From Elusimicrobiales bacterium (lineage in GTDB: Bacteria; Elusimicrobiota; Elusimicrobia; Elusimicrobiales; UBA9959): DNA of 64,000 nucleotides. Positions 44,427-53,639 of this stretch are shown here, in pieces (the stretch's first letter is position 1; every line of letters begins with the position of its first letter). The DNA lies in NCBI GenBank assembly GCA_031082205.1, contig JAVHLJ010000005.1, positions 10,269 to 74,268 of the forward strand, in the 5' to 3' direction. The notes beneath the pieces were generated by a model. That model made no database searches, was not told where the DNA came from, and saw nothing but the letters and a program-made list of their open reading frames with translations. Made by a program: the position numbers and the translations under genes.

Positions 44427-46244
44427 TCAATCCGGCAGGTAGTAGAGGACCAGGTAGCCGAGGAGGAAGAGGATCGCCCACATCGCGGTGTTGCCGACGG
44501 GCCTGTAGGAGTAGGCGTCCCCGGGGTAATCCTTCAGGGCCGCCTCCAGCCTCGCCCGCAGCCCGGGCTCCGCCGCGGCGGTGCTGAAATAGAGGCGCGC
44601 TCCGAGCGCCGCTATGCCCAGGAAGGCGCGCGGATTTTCCGCGGCGCGGGCCACGCCCGCCGGCAGGCGGCCGAAAAAGAAGCGGCGCGCGGCTTCCGCG
44701 CGGCGGGCGAAGGTTCCGCGGAGAAAGCGCATAAGGGCGTCCGCGCCGCGGCGGTAGAACCAGTCCGTGTCCAGGCTGAGGGAGGGCGAGGGGGACAGGC
44801 GCGGCAGGAATATCGCGAAGCCCAGCGCGGTGAATCCCAGCGTTCCCAGCGCCGCCACTACATGCGCGGCGGTATAGGGCTGATAGCCGGAGGGGAAAGG
44901 AAGAACGGAGTAGAGGACGCCCGGGAAGAGCCCCGGCAGCAGGCAGAGCGCGGCGGCCAGAGCCATGGCGGCGAGCATGTTGGCCGGGGGTTCCTTGGCC
45001 TTCGGCGCGGCGGCGGAGCCGCGGAAGAACATATTGTAGGGCAGCTTGAGTCCTACGCTCAGGAAAGTGCCGGCCGCGGCCAGCGTCAGCATCAGGTAGG
45101 GCAGCGCCGCGCCCGCCTCGCCTGCCGCGGAGACGGTCATCGCCTTGCTGACGAAGCCGCTGAAGAGAGGGAAGGAGGAGATGGCCGCCGCGCCGGCGAG
45201 GTACAGGGCTGCCGTCGCCGGCATTTTCCGCCAGAGCGGGACTTCGGCCCCCTTCCCGTCCGAAAGTTCGCTGAGACGGCTTTTTCCGGTGACGTGCAGC
45301 ACGGCTCCGGCGGCCATGAACAGGAGGCCTTTGTAGAGTATGTGGGCCGCGGCGTGGGCCGAGGCGCCGTTGAGGGCCAGCTGCGTGCCTATGCCGGCGC
45401 CGCAGACCATGTAGCCCACCTGGCTGATGATGTGATAGGAGAGCAGCCGCCGCGCGTCGTTCTCCAGCATCGCGTAGATCACGCCGTAGACGGTCATGAC
45501 GGCGCCCAGCCAGATCAGCGGCTCCGCGCCCGGGAAGCCGCGTATCAGCGCGTAGACGGCGGACTTGGTGGTGTAGGCCGTCATCAGTATGGCCCCGGTG
45601 ACCGAGGCGCGAGGGTAGGCGTCGGGCAGCCAGGCGCCCAGCGGCGGGGCGGCCGCGTTGAGCAGGAAGCCGGCCATGATCAGCCAGGCGGCGGGCGAGC
45701 CCAGGTCCGCCGTCATGGGCCCGAAGGCCAGCGAGCCGGTCTGCGCGGCGCGCAGCAGTATGCCCGAGAGCAGCAGCACGCCGCCGAAGAGGTGCATCAT
45801 GAGGTAGCGCATGCCGGCGCCGGCGGAGCCGGGCCTGCCGCCTATGAAGACGATGGCCGCGGCCGCCAGGGCCATCAGCTCCCAGAAGACGAAAAGGGTC
45901 AGCAGGTCGCCGGCCAGCGTCACGCCGAGCGCGCCGCCGAGGTAGACGAGGCCCGCCGACTGCTCCGCCGGCCGGTCCTCGTGCAGCGCGTAAACGGCTC
46001 CTATCGAGCCTATCAGCGCGAAGACGCAGGCGAAAAGCGCGCTTAGCCCGTCGTTGCGCCAGGGGGAGAGTTCATGGCCGAAGAATTCGAAGCCCCCGCG
46101 CGTGCCGTGCGGTCCCGCGGCGCAGAGCGCCAGCGCCGCCAGCGGTACCGCCACCGTCAGGGCCTTTCGCGCGCCTGAGGGCAGAGCTGGCAGCAGGGCC
46201 GCCGCGGCGAGCGGCAGCAGGGCGGGGTGGAGCCACTCAATCAT
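44427..46244 (-). CDS. MrpD/NuoN-like antiporter subunit (paralog 3) with a C-terminal extension
   Basis: 605 aa. LFVFWELMAL antiporter-type motif, then a ~100-aa Arg-rich amphipathic tail and a final TM helix. Confidence 0.8.
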   Translation of the reverse strand: MIEWLHPALLPLAAAALLPALPSGARKALTVAVPLAALALCAAGPHGTRGGFEFFGHELSPWRNDGLSALFACVFALIGSIGAVYALHEDRPAEQSAGLVYLGGALGVTLAGDLLTLFVFWELMALAAAAIVFIGGRPGSAGAGMRYLMMHLFGGVLLLSGILLRAAQTGSLAFGPMTADLGSPAAWLIMAGFLLNAAAPPLGAWLPDAYPRASVTGAILMTAYTTKSAVYALIRGFPGAEPLIWLGAVMTVYGVIYAMLENDARRLLSYHIISQVGYMVCGAGIGTQLALNGASAHAAAHILYKGLLFMAAGAVLHVTGKSRLSELSDGKGAEVPLWRKMPATAALYLAGAAAISSFPLFSGFVSKAMTVSAAGEAGAALPYLMLTLAAAGTFLSVGLKLPYNMFFRGSAAAPKAKEPPANMLAAMALAAALCLLPGLFPGVLYSVLPFPSGYQPYTAAHVVAALGTLGFTALGFAIFLPRLSPSPSLSLDTDWFYRRGADALMRFLRGTFARRAEAARRFFFGRLPAGVARAAENPRAFLGIAALGARLYFSTAAAEPGLRARLEAALKDYPGDAYSYRPVGNTAMWAILFLLGYLVLYYLPD

Positions 46245-46449
46245 AATAGTCCTCGGGCCTTGAGACGAAGCTCTTTCCCAGCCACTTCGAGAAGAGGATT
46301 ATCGCGACGCAGGAGAGGAGGCCGTAGAGGGACGAGAAGCCCGGGAGTTTCTCGAACCAGAAATAGGGATGCCCCAGGTGCAGGTAATGAACTACCGCGA
46401 CCTCGGCCAGTATTATGAAAAGAAGCGAGAGACGCAGCGCGGCGCGCAT
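46237..46449 (-). CDS. Small 2-TM membrane protein of unknown function inside the Mrp cluster
   Basis: 70 aa (MRAALRLSLLFIILAEV...). The ATG overlaps the upstream stop by 1 nt and its own stop overlaps the next start by 8 nt. Two hydrophobic helices. Confidence 0.5.
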   Translation of the reverse strand: MRAALRLSLLFIILAEVAVVHYLHLGHPYFWFEKLPGFSSLYGLLSCVAIILFSKWLGKSFVSRPEDYYD

Positions 46450-47939
46450 CAGCCCTCCACCGCCAGTTCCGCCAGTTTCAGCAGCGGACCGGGGAAGAAG
46501 AAAAGGGCCAGCGTGACGGCGGCCGTTATGACCAGCGGCACCACCATCGTCATGGCCAGCGAGCCCCTTTCCGGGCCGCGGGCGTGGCCGGCCCCGTGCT
46601 CCGCCGGAGGCTGGCCCCAGAAGGCGCGGTAGATTATGGGGAGGAAATAGGCGGCGTTGAGCAGAGCGCTGGCCCCTATTACCGCCAGGAAGACCGGCCG
46701 TCCGGCCTCTACGGCGCCCAGGCCTATATGCCATTTGCCTATGAAGCCCGCCAGCGGCGGCGCGCCCATCATCGAGAGCGCGCAGAGCGAGAAAGCCGTC
46801 ATGGTGAGCGGCATGCGGCGGCCGATGCCGTCGAGCTCGCTGACCTTGGTCCTGTGCTCCAGCGCGTAGACGGCGCCGGCCGCCAGGAACAGCGTTATCT
46901 TGGCGAAGCCGTGAGCCGCTATCTGCGCCACGGCGCCTTTGAGCGCCGAGGGGGAGAGCAGGGCGGCTCCCAGCACGACGTACGAGAGCTGGCTGACCGT
47001 GGAATAGGCCAGCCTGAGCTTGAGATTGTCCTGCGCCAGCGCCATCACGGAGGCGGCGATTATCGTGAAGGAGGCGATCCAGGCCAGCGGGTCGCCGAAG
47101 CCGAGCTCGCGCAGCGTCCCCGCGCCGAAGACGTGAAGCGTCACTTTCAGCACCAGGAAGACGCCGGCCTTGACCACGGCGACGGCGTGCAGCAGCGCGC
47201 TGACCGGGGCGGGCGCGACCATCGCCGCCGGCAGCCATGAGTGCAGCGGCATGATGGCCGCCTTTGCCGTGCCGGCGATGAAGAGGAAGAATACCGTTCC
47301 CAGAAGAACCTTGTTCCCGGCCGCCAGTCCGCCGAACACGCCGCCAGGGACGAAATCCAGCGTGCCGGCGGCGCTATAGGTGATCAGTATGGCGGCCAGC
47401 ATGAACGTGACCGAGGTTCCCAGCAGGTAGGCCAGGTATATCCTGCCGCTCTCAATGGCCTCTTTCGTCTGCTTATGCGCCACCAGCGGGTAGGTGGCCA
47501 GGGTTATAAGTTCGTAGAAAACGAAGGCGGTGAAGAGATTGGCGGAAAAAGCCAGGCCCGCCGCGGCCGAGAGAGTGAAGGCGAAGAAGGCGAAGAAGCG
47601 CGTGCGTTTCTGCTCGCCGGTCTTCTCCAGGTAACCGGCGGAATATACCGAGGCCAGTATCCAGAGGAAGGAGGACATGACGGCGAAGACCATGCCCAGC
47701 GCGTCGGCCTTCAGCCGCAGTTCCATGCCCGGGAACACCTGCAGTCCCGGCGTGGAGAAGGAGTGCCCGGCCAGGACGGCGGGCAGCATGGATATTATTA
47801 TCCCGAACATGGCGGCAGCGCCGGCAAGGGTGAAGGATTCGCGCAGCCAGGGCCGCCTTCCCGAGACGGAGACCAGCAGCCCCGCGGCCAGCGAGGCCAG
47901 CACGGCGTAAAGCGGCTTGAAGGAGAGGATCTCGCTCAT
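46449..47939 (-). CDS. MrpD/NuoN-like antiporter subunit (paralog 2)
   Basis: Start trimmed to the ATG at 47939 (MSEILSFKPLY), an ATGA overlap with paralog 1. AFVFYELITLATYPLV motif. 496 aa. Confidence 0.82.
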   Translation of the reverse strand: MSEILSFKPLYAVLASLAAGLLVSVSGRRPWLRESFTLAGAAAMFGIIISMLPAVLAGHSFSTPGLQVFPGMELRLKADALGMVFAVMSSFLWILASVYSAGYLEKTGEQKRTRFFAFFAFTLSAAAGLAFSANLFTAFVFYELITLATYPLVAHKQTKEAIESGRIYLAYLLGTSVTFMLAAILITYSAAGTLDFVPGGVFGGLAAGNKVLLGTVFFLFIAGTAKAAIMPLHSWLPAAMVAPAPVSALLHAVAVVKAGVFLVLKVTLHVFGAGTLRELGFGDPLAWIASFTIIAASVMALAQDNLKLRLAYSTVSQLSYVVLGAALLSPSALKGAVAQIAAHGFAKITLFLAAGAVYALEHRTKVSELDGIGRRMPLTMTAFSLCALSMMGAPPLAGFIGKWHIGLGAVEAGRPVFLAVIGASALLNAAYFLPIIYRAFWGQPPAEHGAGHARGPERGSLAMTMVVPLVITAAVTLALFFFPGPLLKLAELAVEG

Positions 47940-49435
47940 TTCAGCAGCAGCTCCCCCGCGGCCCGCGCCGCGCCGGCCGCCGGCGTCCAGGCCGCCAGGC
48001 CCAGCAGCAACCCGAGCCCGGCCAGCGCCGCCGCCGGAGCCGCCGCCCAGAACGGGGCGGGGGTGTCCGGCTTGTGTCCCTCGGCCGGGGCGGAGAAGTA
48101 GGCCGGTTCTATTACTTTCCAGAAGTAGACGGCGGTAAGCAGCGAGCCGGCCAGCACCACCGGTACTACCGCCCAGAGGCCGGCCTCCACCGCGCCGAGA
48201 GCGATATGCCATTTGCTCACGAAACCCAGCGTCGGCGGTATGCCGGTCATCGAGAGTGCCGCCGCGGTGAAAGCGGCCATCGTCAGGGGCATCCTGCGCG
48301 CGGCGCCTTTGAGGTCGGAGACCTTTTCCGCGCCCGTGGAGATCAGCATCAGGCCGGCGCACATGAAAAGGGAGGCTTTCATCAGCGCGTGGTTTATCAT
48401 GTGCAGCAGGCTGCCTGTGAGCGCGGACTCGGAAGCTATGGCGGCGCCGAGCACGATGTACCCTATCTGGCTTACGCTGGAATAGGCCAGCATGCGCTTT
48501 ATGTCCTTCTGGGCTATGGCCATGACGGCGCCGTAGACGACGGCCGCCGAGGAGAGGACCAGCAGTATCGTCTTCATCGGCACGACGGAGGCGTCGAACT
48601 CGGGCCTGAAGACGGTGTAGGTGACGCGCAGCATCGCGTAGACGCCCACCTTGGTCCCGGTCGAGGCCAGCAGGGCGCTCGCCGGCGACGGGGCGTAGGT
48701 ATAGGCGTCGGGCAGCCAGATATGCAGCGGGAAGAGGGCGGTCTTTATGCTGAAGCCGACCATAAGGAAGGCGAAGGCCGTCAGCACGGTCCGGGTGTGG
48801 TAGATGTGAGGCAGCCGTTCCCGGAGGTCGGCTATGTTCAGCGTGCCGGCGGCCATGTAGAGATAGCCGATGCCGAGCAGGATGAAAGTGGCCGCTATGG
48901 TGCCCAGTATCAGGTAGTTGAAGCCGGCGACCAGGGCGTCCCGCCGCCGGCCGGCGGCTATCAGCGCGTAGCCGGCCAGGGACGCTATCTCCAGGAAAAC
49001 GTAGAGGTTGAATACGTCGCCCGTTATTATCATGCCGGAGAGGCCGGAGACCAGCAGCAGGGCCGCGGAATGATAGTACGGGAGGCGCTCATGAGCCACT
49101 TCGGCGGAGGCGGCCGCCCCGGAATAGACGGAAGCGGCGAAGGAGACGAAGGCCACCAGCAGCAGCATTATCGCGGCCAGCGGGTCCACCGCGTACTCTA
49201 TGCCCCAGGGCGGGGCCCAGCCGCCGAAACGGTAGGTCACGCGGCCCAGCCTGAAGACCTCCAGGGCGAGGGCGGAGGCCAGGGCCAGCGCGGCGGCGTT
49301 GGCCAGGACGGCCACCGCCCCGCCGGCGCGCCTGAGCGGGGCGGGGGAGAAGGGGATGATCACCGAGGCCAGCAGCGGCACCAGCACCAGCAGGGCGGGG
49401 ATATGCTCCGCCAGCAGCGGGAAGGCCGCCGTCAC
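47936..49435 (-). CDS. MrpD/NuoN-like antiporter subunit (paralog 1)
   Basis: 499 aa. LYVFLEIASLAGYALIA motif. The GTG start overlaps the MnhC-like stop (GTGA). Confidence 0.82.
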   Translation of the reverse strand: MTAAFPLLAEHIPALLVLVPLLASVIIPFSPAPLRRAGGAVAVLANAAALALASALALEVFRLGRVTYRFGGWAPPWGIEYAVDPLAAIMLLLVAFVSFAASVYSGAAASAEVAHERLPYYHSAALLLVSGLSGMIITGDVFNLYVFLEIASLAGYALIAAGRRRDALVAGFNYLILGTIAATFILLGIGYLYMAAGTLNIADLRERLPHIYHTRTVLTAFAFLMVGFSIKTALFPLHIWLPDAYTYAPSPASALLASTGTKVGVYAMLRVTYTVFRPEFDASVVPMKTILLVLSSAAVVYGAVMAIAQKDIKRMLAYSSVSQIGYIVLGAAIASESALTGSLLHMINHALMKASLFMCAGLMLISTGAEKVSDLKGAARRMPLTMAAFTAAALSMTGIPPTLGFVSKWHIALGAVEAGLWAVVPVVLAGSLLTAVYFWKVIEPAYFSAPAEGHKPDTPAPFWAAAPAAALAGLGLLLGLAAWTPAAGAARAAGELLLK

Positions 49436-49794
49436 AGGTTCTCCCTCCTGCCGCGGAGTATTTGGTCCTCTTCGAGGGTCCCGTACTCCCTGTATATCCG
49501 GATGACCAGGGCCAGGGCCACGGCCGTTACGCTTACCGATACGACTATGGCCGTCAGTATCAGGACATGGGGCAGCGGATTGTCGTAGAGGACCGCCCTG
49601 TCCCAGTGTATGGGGGCGGTGCCGCCGTCCACCTTCGAGATGGAGATGTAGAAAAGGAAGACCGCCGTCTGGAAGATGTTTATCCCGATTATCTTCTTGA
49701 CCAGGTTGGGCTTGGCGATGATGGCGTAGAAGCCTATCATCATGAGGCTGATGTAGACCCAGTACTGGTACTTGGCCGCTATGAACTCAGTCAT
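49432..49794 (-). CDS. MrpC/MnhC (NuoK-like) subunit
   Basis: 120 aa with 3 TM helices. IGINIFQTAVFLFYI is typical of MnhC. Confidence 0.8.
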   Translation of the reverse strand: MTEFIAAKYQYWVYISLMMIGFYAIIAKPNLVKKIIGINIFQTAVFLFYISISKVDGGTAPIHWDRAVLYDNPLPHVLILTAIVVSVSVTAVALALVIRIYREYGTLEEDQILRGRRENL

Positions 49795-50221
49795 CGCGGC
49801 TCCCGGCTATCTTCATGAAAAGCAGCAGCATGGCGCCGGCAACGGCCAGGCCGACCCCCGTCTCTATGCCGTAAATGCCGAGGTGGTAGGCGGTCTTGGG
49901 GTCGGCGAAAGGCAGCGCCGGGTATTCCAGGAAGGACCCGCCCCGCGCCATGCAGAGCAACCCTATGCCCCCGTACAGCAGCACCCCGGCCGCGGCCAGC
50001 GAGCCTCCCAGGCTTTCATAGCGGCGCTCTTCCTCCGCGTCGAGGCCGAATACTATGGCCCTCAGTATCAGGCTCGCGGCGAAGATGGCGCCCCCCTGGA
50101 AGCCGCCGCCCGGGCCCAGGTCGCCGTGCGCTACCAGGTAAAGCGCGTAGAGCTGCATGAAAGGTATCAGCAGGGCGCTGACGGTTTCCGTGACGGGGTT
50201 GGAGGAGGGGCGTACTTTCAT
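49787..50221 (-). CDS. MrpB/MnhB-domain subunit (MbhF-like)
   Basis: GDLGPGGGFQGGAI motif characteristic of the MnhB domain. 144 aa. Confidence 0.8.
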   Translation of the reverse strand: MKVRPSSNPVTETVSALLIPFMQLYALYLVAHGDLGPGGGFQGGAIFAASLILRAIVFGLDAEEERRYESLGGSLAAAGVLLYGGIGLLCMARGGSFLEYPALPFADPKTAYHLGIYGIETGVGLAVAGAMLLLFMKIAGSRDD

Positions 50222-50763
50222 CGCCTGCGCCCCCTGCCCAGTATCAGCATGCCGCAGACGGCGGCGGCGAAGATCACCGTAGTCTCGCCGAAGGTGTCGT
50301 AGCCGCGGTAGGAGGCCAGTATGGCGGTCACGAAATTGACTATGCCGGTCTCGGGAACGGAGCCTGAGACGTAGCGTGAAGCCACATGGGCGTTTGTGGG
50401 GGCGGAGGGATCCCCGCAGTCGGGCATGTCCAGCGTGCCGTAGACCAGCACCGCGCCGGTGCAGAGCACGGCCAGAAGCGGCAGAGCATCAGCGGGGGAC
50501 GCCATGCGGCAAGGTGTCACGGCAGAACTCTCCTCCCGGCTGGCCGTGCGGCCCAGCGCGGCTATCAGCAGCACCGTGACTATGCCGGCGCCGACGGCGG
50601 CCTCGGTAAGCGCCACGTCGACGGCGTTGAAAAGGGTCCAGGTCAGGGCCATGACGAGGCTGTAGGCGCAGAGCAGCACGACCGAGGAGAGGAGGTCCCT
50701 GGCGCGCACCGCGGCGGCGGCGCAGACCACCAGCATGAAAAGGAAGACGAACTTAAGCGCCAT
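50218..50763 (-). CDS. MbhD/MbhE-like subunit (DUF4040 plus the N-terminal part of the MnhB domain; equivalent to the MrpA C-terminus)
   Basis: Start trimmed to the ATG at 50763. AVDVALTEAAVGAGI (DUF4040-like) and NFVTAILASYRGYDTFGETTVI motifs. Confidence 0.7.
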   Translation of the reverse strand: MALKFVFLFMLVVCAAAAVRARDLLSSVVLLCAYSLVMALTWTLFNAVDVALTEAAVGAGIVTVLLIAALGRTASREESSAVTPCRMASPADALPLLAVLCTGAVLVYGTLDMPDCGDPSAPTNAHVASRYVSGSVPETGIVNFVTAILASYRGYDTFGETTVIFAAAVCGMLILGRGRRR

Positions 50764-51085
50764 CTTCGCCCTTCCCCTTCTTCCAGTAGGGCACACCGTC
50801 CTGGTAGGCGGCCTTGGCCAGCGCGTGGGTGGCGGTCGGGGAGGCTATCAGCATGAATACGAGTATGATCAGCAGTTTCAGGCTCACCAGTGTGAAACCC
50901 TCCCATACCATGAGCCCGGCCAGGACGAAGGCTATCCCGAGGGTGTCGGATTTGCCGGCCGGGTGTATGCGCGAATAGAAGTCGGGGAAGCGCAGGATGC
51001 CCACGGAAGCCGATATCATCGCCAGGCAGCCCAGCGCCAGCAGCAGGGCCGTCGCGGCGGTCCTCAGGAGGCCCGGTTCCGTCAT
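50753..51085 (-). CDS. MrpG/MnhG subunit
   Basis: 110 aa. GILRFPDFYSRIHPAGKSDTLG signature of the MnhG/PhaG family. Confidence 0.82.
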   Translation of the reverse strand: MTEPGLLRTAATALLLALGCLAMISASVGILRFPDFYSRIHPAGKSDTLGIAFVLAGLMVWEGFTLVSLKLLIILVFMLIASPTATHALAKAAYQDGVPYWKKGKGEDGA

Positions 51086-51339
51086 ATGCGCAGGTCCCCG
51101 CGCTCCCTGTACCGCAGGAAGGCTATGGTGGCTATGAAATTTATCAGGGCGTAGGTTATCGCTATGTCCAGGAAATGCGGCCTTTCGTATACGAACCCTA
51201 TCAGTGCCAGCAGCGCGACGGTCTTGGTCCCCATGACGTTGACGGCCAGTATCCGGTCGTAGACGCCGGGTCCTTTCAGCGCTCGGACCAGCGTAAGGGC
51301 GGCGGCCAGTATCACGGCCAGGGCGGCGGCTTCAAACAC
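51082..51339 (-). CDS. MrpF/MnhF subunit
   Basis: 85 aa. LKGPGVYDRILAVNVMGTK is typical of MnhF. ATGA overlap with the downstream gene. Confidence 0.8.
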   Translation of the reverse strand: MFEAAALAVILAAALTLVRALKGPGVYDRILAVNVMGTKTVALLALIGFVYERPHFLDIAITYALINFIATIAFLRYRERGDLRI

Positions 51340-51799
51340 TGGCGTCCCCCTCGACGCCGAGCACGCGGCGCTGCATCTCGCCGGCCTGTAGCGAGGCGGC
51401 GGCCTCCGGGGAAACCGAATGCACCACTATCTCATCAGTCCCCGCTTCGAGCGTGACGGTGCCGGGGGTGAGGGTTATGGAATTGGCCAGCAGCGCGGTG
51501 CCCAGCGGCGTGCGGCAGGGGTTCTTTATCCTTATGACGCGGGGATCTATCGGCCGCGACGGGTGCAGGACGCGGTAGGCCACGTCCAGGCCGGATAGGA
51601 CGATCTGCCAGAAAAGCCAAGGGAGATAGGCCGCCAGCCGCAGCAGGAAGCCGGGGCCGGGCAGCGGCTCTCCGCCCCGTGCTAGTGCGGCGACCAGGAC
51701 GGCGGCGACGGCGCCGGAGCCCAGCAGCAGGCCCGTGAACTGGCCCGAAAGGGCGAGCCAGAACAGGAACATGACGGCGGACGCGTACAGGAATCTCAT
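51332..51799 (-). CDS. MrpE/MnhE subunit
   Basis: FWLALSGQF N-terminus and ANSITLTPGTV motif. I prefer the ATG at 51799; the track start at 51808 is a TTG. Confidence 0.8.
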   Translation of the reverse strand: MRFLYASAVMFLFWLALSGQFTGLLLGSGAVAAVLVAALARGGEPLPGPGFLLRLAAYLPWLFWQIVLSGLDVAYRVLHPSRPIDPRVIRIKNPCRTPLGTALLANSITLTPGTVTLEAGTDEIVVHSVSPEAAASLQAGEMQRRVLGVEGDASV

Positions 51800-51870
51800 T
51801 ATTCTCAATTGTGCTACAATTAGTCTCCGGGCACATATTCTATTTAATTTATCGGCGGGTGTAAAAAGCG
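51800..51870. promoter_or_regulatory. Divergent AT-rich promoter region (Mrp cluster leftward, patatin/TauE rightward)
   Basis: TACAAT on + at 51815-20. The minus strand reads AAATAGAATATG (TAGAAT). AT-rich in a GC-rich background. Confidence 0.4.
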
Positions 51871-52800
51871 ATGCTGAAACTCAAACGGCCGGTGGGCCTT
51901 TTTCTCTGCGGCGGCGGCGCGCTCGGCTCCTGGCAGTCCGGCGCCCTCTCGCGCCTGGCCGAGGCCGGGCTGGAGGCCGACGCCGTGGCCGGCTTCAGCG
52001 TCGGCGCGCTCAACGGCGCCGCCTACTGTTTCGGCCGCACCGACGAGCTGGAGGACATCTGGGCCGGCATGCGTCCCGAGATGATACTCAAGGTCAGGCC
52101 CTCCTACCGCCGCATGCCGCTGGACCTTCATTCCGGGATGTCCGCCGGCCCGCTGGCCCGGGCCGGCCAGCGGATGCAGGACCAGCTGGCCAAGTTCAGC
52201 CTTTTCTCGGGAGAGCCCCTTTACGCGCTGGTGGAGTCCTGGCTGGGGGGCAGGGACCTGCCTTTCGCCAGGAAGACCGTCTTCTACGTGATCAGCCACT
52301 GCGTGGAACGCAAGCTGCCCCAGATCTTCCGTTTCGACGGCAAGGCCGGCGGCTCGAGGATCGCCTTCAACGACGCGCTTATCTCCAGCTGCGCCATCCC
52401 TTCCGTGTTCCCGCCGGTGACCTGGTTCGACGAGGGCCGCAGGTACCACCTGGTCGACGGCGGCGTCATAGGCCTGGCCACCATAAACCTAAACGTTCTC
52501 GAAGGCTGCCGCACCGTCATCATGCTCAGCAATTCCCGCGAGGAGGAGATGAATTTCCGGGGCCGCGGCTGGATGAGCTTCTTCGAGAACAAGGCCCGGC
52601 GCATCCTGGCCGTGCATTCCCAGAAGATATACGAATCCAGGGTGCTGATACGTTCCAGTCCCGAGGTGCACCTGCTCAAGCCGCAGGAGGACCTCGGCAT
52701 GGGCATACTGGAACTGCAGGGGGCCAAGTGCCGCCGCGCCTTCGAGATCGGCGAGAAAGCCGCCATGGATTTCATCGCCGGGCTGGAGTCCCGGGGATGA
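51871..52800 (+). CDS. Patatin-like phospholipase (cytoplasmic type)
   Basis: CGGGALG, GFSVGA (GxSxG) and VDGGV motifs. No signal peptide. Confidence 0.8.
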   Translation: MLKLKRPVGLFLCGGGALGSWQSGALSRLAEAGLEADAVAGFSVGALNGAAYCFGRTDELEDIWAGMRPEMILKVRPSYRRMPLDLHSGMSAGPLARAGQRMQDQLAKFSLFSGEPLYALVESWLGGRDLPFARKTVFYVISHCVERKLPQIFRFDGKAGGSRIAFNDALISSCAIPSVFPPVTWFDEGRRYHLVDGGVIGLATINLNVLEGCRTVIMLSNSREEEMNFRGRGWMSFFENKARRILAVHSQKIYESRVLIRSSPEVHLLKPQEDLGMGILELQGAKCRRAFEIGEKAAMDFIAGLESRG

Positions 52801-53639
52801 TCGAACTTCATTCCGTACAGGGCTCGCTCGTGCTCGGGGGTTTCGGGGTTTTTATCGGCGTTCTGGGTTCCGCGCTCGGCATAGGAGGCGGCGTATTCAC
52901 GGTACCGCTGCTCACGCTGGCCTTCGGGCTGCCCATCCACCAGGCCATCGGGGCCTCGCTCGTCGCCATCGCCGCCGCCTCCAGCGCGGTCGCCTCCGTG
53001 AACGTGGAGCGCGGACTGACCAACCTCCGCCTCGGCATAGTCTTCGAGACGACCATGGCGCTGGGCTCGCTTTTCTCGGCTCTCATCGCCAGCCGGATGC
53101 CCGGCGGCGTCCTGCAGACGGCCTTCGCTCTGGCGCTGCTGCCGATATCTTTTTCCATGTTCCTCCGCGGGAGCAGGGCGCTGCGGGCCGGGCCGCCGCC
53201 GGACCTGCTGCCGGCCGGGCCGGCTTCCTCCTTCGATTCGGAGTTCTTCGACCATTCCTCCAACGGGCGAAGGAGTTACTCGGTCAGGAACGTCATCCCG
53301 GCCTCGTTCCTCTCGTTCTTCGGCGGGGGCCTGAGCGGCCTGCTGGGGCTGGGCGGCGGCGTGGTGCAGGTCCCCGTGATGACCATGCTCTGCGGCGTGC
53401 CCATGAAGGCCGCGGCAGCCACCAGCAACTTCATGATAGGAGTCTCGGCGGCGGCCAGCGCCTTCATCTATTACCGCAAGGGACACATCCCCGTGGAGAT
53501 CTGCGGCGTCATCGTCCTGGGGGTGCTGATCGGTTCCTTCGCCGGCATGAGCCTTCTCTACAAGGCCAGGTCCGAGAGGCTGCAGATGGTGTTCGCGGCC
53601 GCGATGCTGGCGATCGCGGTCAAGATGCTGATATGGTGA
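52797..53639 (+). CDS. TauE/SafE-family anion exporter (sulfite exporter family)
   Basis: Start trimmed to the ATG at 52797 (ATGA overlap). Two repeats with GIGGG / GLGGG motifs and about 8 TM helices. Confidence 0.78.
   Translation: MIELHSVQGSLVLGGFGVFIGVLGSALGIGGGVFTVPLLTLAFGLPIHQAIGASLVAIAAASSAVASVNVERGLTNLRLGIVFETTMALGSLFSALIASRMPGGVLQTAFALALLPISFSMFLRGSRALRAGPPPDLLPAGPASSFDSEFFDHSSNGRRSYSVRNVIPASFLSFFGGGLSGLLGLGGGVVQVPVMTMLCGVPMKAAAATSNFMIGVSAAASAFIYYRKGHIPVEICGVIVLGVLIGSFAGMSLLYKARSERLQMVFAAAMLAIAVKMLIW

Noticed and set aside
44427-51799. Calling the Mrp/Mbh-like cluster a membrane-bound hydrogenase
   Set aside because: No NiFe large or small subunit, NuoH/NuoI-like gene or maturation gene is present on either side, so only the antiporter-type membrane module is supported.
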